Positions 57,326-64,000 of a DNA stretch of 64,000 nucleotides are shown here, piece after piece. A program made the translations under genes and the position numbers. The notes below the pieces were generated by a model that saw only the letters and a program-made list of their open reading frames with translations, made no database searches and was not told where the DNA came from. Origin of the DNA: Nitrosopumilaceae archaeon (GTDB lineage: Archaea; Thermoproteota; Nitrososphaeria; Nitrososphaerales; Nitrosopumilaceae). Where the stretch lies: the NCBI GenBank assembly GCA_965214835.1, contig CBDCCK010000002.1, forward strand, positions 640,001 through 704,000, written 5' to 3'. How positions within the stretch are numbered: the first letter of the stretch is position 1; each line of letters starts with the position of its first letter.

Positions 57326-58300
57326 TAGACCTTATGCGTAATCGACCGGATCGAAATATTCCGACGGTGGCCGGCCACACATGCAAGGCTGACGGCATCA
57401 CATGACGTGTATGAGGGCGGCAGAGTCCGTATATAGTGCAGCTACGAGCCATTACAGCTGGTAAAAACTACAGTATAGTGCGGCATCGTGTGGCGCCGCA
57501 ATGCGCTCCGTATCGTGGTATCAGAACCCATGCATGAGCTTCTTGTTCCGCTTGTCCCACAGCAGCCTAAAGTTGGCAAGCCCGGCCGTCACCTGGAACT
57601 CCCTGTCGAACTCCTCGGCGGTCCCGTCGTACGGATCACGCATCCGCTTGTACTGCTTTATCCGTCCTATGGCGTGCTCTACTGTCACCCTCTTGCTGCT
57701 TATCCTCCTGTTCTGCGCTTTCTGTTTCTTTGTAAGCTTGCCCCCCTTGGCTTCTTGTGGGGCTGCATGGATATGACCACCGGGTACAGATTCTTGATTC
57801 CCACGTATCCCATGTCCGAGAACAGCTTTACCTTCTCGTCCTCGGGGTGCTTTCTGTTGCTGCGCATCCTGGCAGTCAGGGTTCCCAGATCCGAGGGGTT
57901 GTTCTTTATCATGGTGAGGTCGTGCGCGCTTCCGGGCGCCGACTCGCTTGCATATGTCGCCAGTCCCTTCTTGTCTGCAATCACCCGTGGGTGTTGCGCG
58001 TAAAGTCCTTCTTCTTGCCCGAGTACGCCCCCCTTTCTTGGTTCCTTGTCCAAGGGGCGCTGTATGTCGATGTGCGTGCCGTCTACAATCACGGTCAGAT
58101 CCGGGACGATCTCCTTGACCCACTCGATCGTGCGGGCGTTTCGTATCCTACGGGATACGGTGTCCGGCGTGGGCAGTATCTTGAGAAATATCATGTCGCA
58201 ATACTTGAGGTACCTGCATACCGTACTCTGGTCTATGCCAAAGAATGCCGCAAGCTGCTCCTGTGTCGGGTTTCCGTACTTGCGCATCAGCGACATCAGC
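57326..58300 (-). mobile_element. Partial, frameshifted copy of the IS5 at 28893-31775
   Basis: Near-identical reverse complement of ~30800-31775. Confidence 0.92.
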
Positions 58301-58618
58301 AGGCTCGAAACAATCCAAATGAGGCTACTGCAGATCCGCTTGCTACCTCCTGCACCTCCACGAGTCGGTTACTTCTGGGAAGATGTGGGCCCGCACCGGG
58401 TTCATGTCTGATATGAGACTACATGGACGGCAGAGGCGATCGGGACGCCTACGATATCCCTACAATTATTTTGTATGTGGCCACGTCCCCTTGCTATCTA
58501 GGCACGAAAATCACAATCATGCATCTAATTCGTGCCTGACTGATGGGGGTAGGTGAGGGGTAAACTCACACTGCATCCCATGAAAAACTATTATACGCCT
58601 CGCCTGCCCTGACTGGCA

Positions 58619-59188
58619 TTGCCGTTCTCCTTTATGCCATCAGAGATCCCCGGCGTGATCCTCATAGACGCCAAGCCCTTTCCCGATGACCGGGGATTCT
58701 TTTTGGAAAGCTACAAAGAGTCCGAATTCACACAAAACGGGGTTCGGGCAAGGTTCGTCCAGGACAACCACTCCCGCTCTGCCGGGGGTGCGCTGAGGGG
58801 ACTGCACTACCAAAAGGATCCCCGGGCGCAGGCAAAGCTCGTGATGGTCGTCAGGGGGGAGATCTTTGACGTCGCAGTGGATATCCGCAGGGGCTCGCCC
58901 ACATATGGAAGGTGGGTGGGGGAGACGCTCTCCGAGGCAAACCACAGGCTCCTCTATGTTCCCGAAGGATTCGCCCACGGCTTTTGCGTGCTCAGCGAGG
59001 AGGCAGACGTCACCTACAAGGTAAGCAGCGAGTACTCCCCCGAGGATGATCGCGGAATACTGTGGAATGATCCAGACATCGGCATCGACTGGCCGGTCAC
59101 AGAGCCGACACTGTCTGAGAAGGACTCCCGGCAGCCCTCCCTTGAGGATGCCGACAACGACTTTGTCTTCTCAGATCATGCCAATTAA
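58619..59188 (+). CDS. rfbC: dTDP-4-dehydrorhamnose 3,5-epimerase
   Basis: DDRGFFLE, LRGLHYQ and GFAHGF motifs. Confidence 0.95.
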   Translation: MPFSFMPSEIPGVILIDAKPFPDDRGFFLESYKESEFTQNGVRARFVQDNHSRSAGGALRGLHYQKDPRAQAKLVMVVRGEIFDVAVDIRRGSPTYGRWVGETLSEANHRLLYVPEGFAHGFCVLSEEADVTYKVSSEYSPEDDRGILWNDPDIGIDWPVTEPTLSEKDSRQPSLEDADNDFVFSDHAN

Positions 59189-59212
59189 ATACAGACCTCC
59201 CCTTGATGTATC

Positions 59213-60232
59213 ATGCGGGTTTTGGTGACAGGTGGGGGCGGCTATATCGGATCCGTGCTTGTTCCAAGGCTGCTTGAGGAAGGGTACGGCGTCACCGTAC
59301 TTGACAGGTTCTACTTTGGCAGGGACAAGCTAAAGCACGTCTCCAAAAACCCAAGGCTCAAGCTCGTGCAGGACGACACGAGGTACTTTGATGAGAAGAT
59401 CCTCGACGGCATAGACGCGGTGATGGATCTGGCCGCGCTCTCAAACGATCCCAGCGGGGAGCTGGATCCCAAAAGAACGATGGACATCAACTTTAGGGGA
59501 CGCGCAAGGGTGGCAAGACTGGCCAAGCAGCGGGGCGTGGGCAGGTACATCCTGGCATCAAGCTGCAGCATCTACGGGTTCAGGGACGGGCAGCTGGACG
59601 AAAGGTCCCCGATCAACCCGCTGACCACCTATGCCAGGGCCAACAGGAAGGCAGAGATTGCCGCCAAAAGGCTTGCCGACGAGGAGTTTACGGCAACCAT
59701 GCTGAGGTTTGCCACGGTCTTTGGACTCTCCCCCAGGATGAGGTTTGACCTGGCGGTAAACGGGATGGTGCTGGGATTCTTCAAGAACAGGCAGATTCCG
59801 ATCATGCGCGACGGCAGGCAGTGGAGGCCGTTTATCCACGTAAGGGATGTGGCCGAGGCCTACGTCGCCGTAATCAGGTCACCAAAGGAGAGCGTCGGCG
59901 GCCAGATATTCAACGTCGGCTCTGATGCCCAAAACTATCAGATACTGCCGCTGGCCAAGGAGGTGGCAGGCGCAATCAGGATTCCCTTCAAGAAGCGCTG
60001 GTACGGTGATCCGGACTCGCGCTCCTACAGGATCAGCTTTGACAAGATCCGCGATACGCTCGGATACGGGACAAGGTGGACCGTGGCAGACGGCGCAAGG
60101 GAGATCTATGCGGCACTAAAGTCCGGGGAAACGACCGACTCTATGCAGACGAGGACCGTCGAGTGGTACAAGTACCTGCTTGATGCAAAGGAGGCCTGCG
60201 ACGCAGTATCAATGGACGGCCAGATACTCTGA
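59213..60232 (+). CDS. NAD-dependent sugar epimerase/dehydratase (extended SDR)
   Basis: TGGGGYIG, SSCSIYG and WRPFIHVRD motifs. Confidence 0.9.
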   Translation: MRVLVTGGGGYIGSVLVPRLLEEGYGVTVLDRFYFGRDKLKHVSKNPRLKLVQDDTRYFDEKILDGIDAVMDLAALSNDPSGELDPKRTMDINFRGRARVARLAKQRGVGRYILASSCSIYGFRDGQLDERSPINPLTTYARANRKAEIAAKRLADEEFTATMLRFATVFGLSPRMRFDLAVNGMVLGFFKNRQIPIMRDGRQWRPFIHVRDVAEAYVAVIRSPKESVGGQIFNVGSDAQNYQILPLAKEVAGAIRIPFKKRWYGDPDSRSYRISFDKIRDTLGYGTRWTVADGAREIYAALKSGETTDSMQTRTVEWYKYLLDAKEACDAVSMDGQIL

Positions 60233-60584
60233 TTCTGCCGGGCCAAAACTCCTGCAAAAGCCACACTTGTCAGATTATCTGGCAGGCTGGTGGAAGAATC
60301 CGGATGTCCGTGGTTTTTGGTCATGAATCACTTTGGGCCCAGTCATGGCATTCATCAAAAGACGGCCCATGATCCTGGCACATCGTGCCCATTCTGATAA
60401 AGAGGATCGGCTTTTAGCTGACGCGCTAGGGCGGGAGTCGGGAGGCACCCGGGGGCGATCAGGAAAAGCGACCCGAAATGGATGAAGGACGCCAGTGCTA
60501 GGAGGAGCTGGCATGAGACGATCACCTGGGTTGCAGGGCCATGCCTGGCTGATTTTATATTAAGGAGCCCCGCACAGCCAAGGG

Positions 60585-61658
60585 ATGAAGGGGATCATAC
60601 TTCACGGGGGACATGGGACGAGGCTGAGGCCCCTGACGCATACGGGCCCCAAGCAGCTGCTCCCCATTGCAAACAAGCCGATGTCCCAGTATGCCCTAGA
60701 GGATCTCAAGCAGGCCGGGGTGCGCGAAGTAGGCATAGTCACCGGGGGCACGCACCCACAAAAGGTCGAGGAGTACTATGGCGACGGACAGAGGTTCGGA
60801 GTCAGCATAACCTACATTGCCCAGGACCGGCCCAGGGGGATCTCACATGCCATAGGGCTGTGCAGGGACTTTGTCGGAGATGACAGGTTCATCGTCTACT
60901 TGGGGGATAACGTCCTGAGGAGGAGCCTTGGGGACTATACCCGGAGGTTCTCCGGCTCGGAGCTGGACGCGATGGTCCTTCTATGCGAGGTCGACGATCC
61001 GAGGCGGTTCGGAATCGCCGAGCTGGACGGCGGCAGCCCGGGTACGATCAAAAGGATCACCGAAAAGCCAAAGGATCCAGCCTCCAACCTTGCCGTCATC
61101 GGGATCTACTTTCTGTCGCCCAAGATCTTTGGGGTCATCGATGACCTCAAGCCCTCCTGGCGCGGGGAGCTGGAGATCACCGACGCACTGGACCTGTCGC
61201 TGCGGCGGGGCCAAAGGATCGGGTACGATACGGTCACGGGGTGGTGGAAGGATACGGGAACCCCGGAGGACATAATACACGCAAACAGGCTGGTCCTGGA
61301 CTCGATAGGCACGGAGAACCAGTTCCTGATTGACCCTGATGCCGCAGTAAACGATAATGTCGTCCTTGGCAGGGGCACGGCAGTCTCCAGGGACTCGCTT
61401 GTCATCGGGCCCGTAATCGTCGGCAGGAACTGTCACATCGGGCCCGCTGCCCGCATAGGTCCCTATGTCTCAATCGGGGACAACTGCACGATAAAAAACT
61501 GTGAGATAAAAAACTCCATCGTGATGTCAGAGTGCGCCGTCGAGTCTAGAATCGAGATCGATTCTAGCATAATTGCACACGGCTCGGCAGTCGAGCCGGC
61601 AAAGCCTGGCGGCCCGCACAGGTTCCTGCTCGGCGAGCGCTCCCACCTGCAGCTATAG
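60585..61658 (+). CDS. Glucose-1-phosphate thymidylyltransferase (long form with hexapeptide tail)
   Basis: GGHGTRLRPLT, PKQLLP, RGELEITD and WWKDTG motifs. Confidence 0.92.
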   Translation: MKGIILHGGHGTRLRPLTHTGPKQLLPIANKPMSQYALEDLKQAGVREVGIVTGGTHPQKVEEYYGDGQRFGVSITYIAQDRPRGISHAIGLCRDFVGDDRFIVYLGDNVLRRSLGDYTRRFSGSELDAMVLLCEVDDPRRFGIAELDGGSPGTIKRITEKPKDPASNLAVIGIYFLSPKIFGVIDDLKPSWRGELEITDALDLSLRRGQRIGYDTVTGWWKDTGTPEDIIHANRLVLDSIGTENQFLIDPDAAVNDNVVLGRGTAVSRDSLVIGPVIVGRNCHIGPAARIGPYVSIGDNCTIKNCEIKNSIVMSECAVESRIEIDSSIIAHGSAVEPAKPGGPHRFLLGERSHLQL

Positions 61659-61763
61659 CCGCCGGATCCGGGGCGGCCCTGCGGGATATGCGGACAAGGC
61701 CTGTGATCGACGCGCCTGCAGGCGTGCATGACTTGCCTGATTCAAGGTACGAGGCCAATGGTG

Positions 61764-62057
61764 ATGAGCATGACGGGAATAGACGCCTTTGCTGCAATGA
61801 AGGTCCGCAGGTACCTGAAGAAAAATCCCGACGTTGTCCTGCTGTACCTGCCGGTAGCCAGGCCGGAGCTGAGCGCCATGGAGGCAGTCGAAGGATGCCA
61901 AGTACGGGCCGGTCACGTCGGCCTTTTATGACACGGTAGATCACCTCAAAAGGGCCGTCTCGGAATACTTTAGGACGTGCTCCATCAAGATTGACATCTA
62001 CAAGTATCTTGAGCGCAGCGTGTAAGGGAGGCGAAATTTTCAATGATCATCAGTATA
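61764..62057 (+). mobile_element. IS630 3' fragment preceded by a ~35-bp IS110 transposase fragment
   Basis: gagcatgacgggaatagacgcctttgc matches 38458-38484; the remainder matches 46674-46934. Confidence 0.85.
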
Positions 62058-62226
62058 GTCCCCGGTCTCCACCAGTATGCCGCGCTTCGACATCTTGAAC
62101 GTTATCTGATCCGGCTGTGACAACTCTTCTAGAATGGGCTTTGGTATTATTGCTATGCATCCCCTCCTTTCATCATGATTCAGCCGGACAGTGTATTGGG
62201 TCTCATCCTTTTTCCATCGTCCCATG
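62040..62226 (-). CDS. AbrB/MazE-like small regulator (last codons supplied by the IS630 end)
   Basis: IIPKPILEELSQPDQITF pattern. Confidence 0.65.
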
Positions 62227-62265
62227 GAACGAAACAGGAACACTCATAATTTAAGAATTGTTATT

Positions 62266-62305
62266 TCCTTAAGGAAAGTTATACATTCATATAATCCTTA
62301 AGGAT
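62266..62305. promoter_or_regulatory. Two CCTTAAGG-core palindromes in the divergent promoter region
   Basis: ttccttaaggaa (62266-62277) and atccttaaggat (62294-62305), with TATA-like ttatac / catataa between them. Confidence 0.55.
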
Positions 62306-62317
62306 TCTATAATACAT

Positions 62318-62405
62318 GGTGCGTTTACCTAGCACGGTAAGGTGTCGCCCTGAAAGGCGATTGTTCTCGGAAGGAACATCGTGGGTTCGACTCCCACACT
62401 CACCG
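62318..62405 (+). tRNA. tRNA-Ser-like gene with a 6-nt anticodon loop (possibly a pseudogene)
   Basis: Cloverleaf: D stem acct/aggt, AC stem tcgcc/ggcga, long variable arm, T arm gtggg-ttcgact-cccac, G discriminator, T-rich tail. Confidence 0.8.
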
Positions 62406-62444
62406 CTTCTTTTTATCATATATTAATTTTCGAGGTGGGCCACG

Positions 62445-64000
62445 GTACGAGGTCACGTTCCTAAACCAGTTTCATGACCTCGTCTGCTACGGATCTGCCC
62501 CTTGCCCTCCATGTCAGTATGCACGTCATAAACCACGACCACCTCCTCATCCAGAGTTCCCCTCCCTTGATCTGCCCGCTTATCTTGCGGAAGACGACGG
62601 CGTAACGGAGGGCACGCTCTGCGGCGTTGTTTGTGGGATGCACGCCGTCGTGCTCCAGGAACGTAAACAGGTGCGGCAGCGAGCTTGTCAGTCTGCGCAG
62701 TACCGGGCCCAGGACGGGGTCGTCCGTGCTTTCCCGGTACCCGAACAGTATGTTGCGCAGCCAGGACTCGAACCTTCTGCGCAGATCCTTGCCCCTGTCC
62801 TTCCTCCTCGCTGCCCTGACGGCGCTGCGGTACAGCTGCCGAAGCTGCTCGTACAGTATTCCCGCAAACAGCGGGGCGCCCTGCTTTTGCGCCGCGTATT
62901 TTGATACGCGCAGCTCGTGCGACCAGCACAGCTGGTGCCTGTCCTCCCCGTTGAACCTGTCATACACCGAATATTTGTCAGATGTCACTATTCTGCCATA
63001 CTTGTCCATGTGCCTGTCCAGGAACAGTGCGCCCCTGCTCGTATTGTACTTGACAAACACGCCGTTGTCCGTCTCGGCAGTCCATGTCCATATGCGGCTG
63101 CCGTTCATGTTGGCCGCAGTCTCGTCTATTCTGACGTTGGATGATCTCTTGATGCCGCCCAGGATCGCGCCTGACGGCTTTTGCATAGAGTCGCATACCC
63201 CTCCGATCATGTTGATTACGGTCGATTTGGCGATGCTCCTGCCGGTAAAATCCTTGAGCGTGTCTGCCACGGACTGTAGCGGCATGTGCCTTGCGCGCAA
63301 GGCAGACACAAGGGAGATCATGTGCTTGCCGTACCTGCCCCTCCTTGGGAGTCCGTCGTCTGCTGATATCGTAATGCCGCACAGTCTGCATGTGGCACGC
63401 TCGGTTATGTGTCGCGTCTCTGTCATCCGGACCGGTTCAAAGTCGATGATGTCCCGTATCAGGGCAGTTATGTCCATGGCCCTCCCGCACATGCACACCG
63501 GCGAGCACGTCCCGTCGTTGTCCTGGAACGTGTGAAGCACCGTCTTCTGTGGGTCGTGTCTTCTGGATGTCCCCTTGTGGCCCCTCTGGCCTCCCGGCTT
63601 TTTGCCGGTGCCACTATTGCTGCCGTTGCCACGGTTACTGGCCCTCTCCCTTTTCCGCTGCGCCTTTTGCCTCTTGTACTCTAGTGATTCTGCAGACGGT
63701 GGCGAGTTCTCGTGTATGTGGTCACGTCCCTTTGCCAGCTAGGCACGAAAATCATAATTGTACATGCCGATTCATGCCTGACTGGTGGGGGTAGGTGACC
63801 ACATACGTTCTCGTTCTCGTAGTACCGGAGCCGCCTGTTCTGCTCCTCGATTGTCCTGTCCTTCTCCTTCATCATCCTGTTCTGCTCCTCGATTGTCCTG
63901 TCCTTCTCCTTCATCATCCTGCACATTGCCTTTTGGTTATTTTCTAGCGTGCTTATTCTGTCTGTGAATGATACGATTGTGGCCTCTAGTTCGCGGTATG
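62445..64000 (-). mobile_element. IS66 element interrupted by a MITE (63714-63806, DR gttctcgt); continues past the window edge
   Basis: IDETA, SDKYSVY, LCWSH and PTNNAAERALR motifs. Confidence 0.93.

Noticed and set aside
62344-62360. Selenocysteine/suppressor tRNA or tRNA-Phe(GAA)
   Set aside because: The loop is 6 nt so the anticodon is undefined; the stems lack Sec geometry, and the long variable arm plus G73 point to Ser.
18565-62405. Integrase att-site duplication of the tRNA 3' end
   Set aside because: I found no second copy of the tRNA 3' sequence by eye, so element boundaries cannot be supported.

Overview
A 64 kb accessory region saturated with insertion sequences, probably from an archaeon. 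A host-associated Nitrososphaerota (thaumarchaeal) genome is inferred from the integrase, IS6-SWIM, ISH3, serpin and AbrB gene types, but this is not proven. It holds intact and decayed IS5, IS6, IS66, IS110, IS481, IS630 and ISH3 elements and at least six MITE families, often nested. Scattered among them are toxin-antitoxin and defence-like genes, a tyrosine integrase followed by tandem repeats, a giant S8 protease-serpin operon, surface-glycan genes and a tRNA-Ser-like gene. The main result is an RNA-guided IS110/IS1111-type family present in four copies. Its left non-coding end has a two-loop bridge-RNA architecture. In the two copies with both flanks, the guide segments match each copy's own target and donor junction around a TG core and co-vary between copies. 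Both targets are terminal inverted repeats of other mobile elements. Two further copies lack the transposase and keep only the RNA-bearing ends. Other leads: a ~44.5 kb inversion revealed by a split 8-bp duplication, which when undone joins abrB, the tRNA and an IS6 transposase; a ribosomal uS10-like gene paired with a nucleotide cyclase; and an IS481 with a 15-bp duplication that lands in IS ends. All calls come from reading the sequence by eye; no database searches were run.
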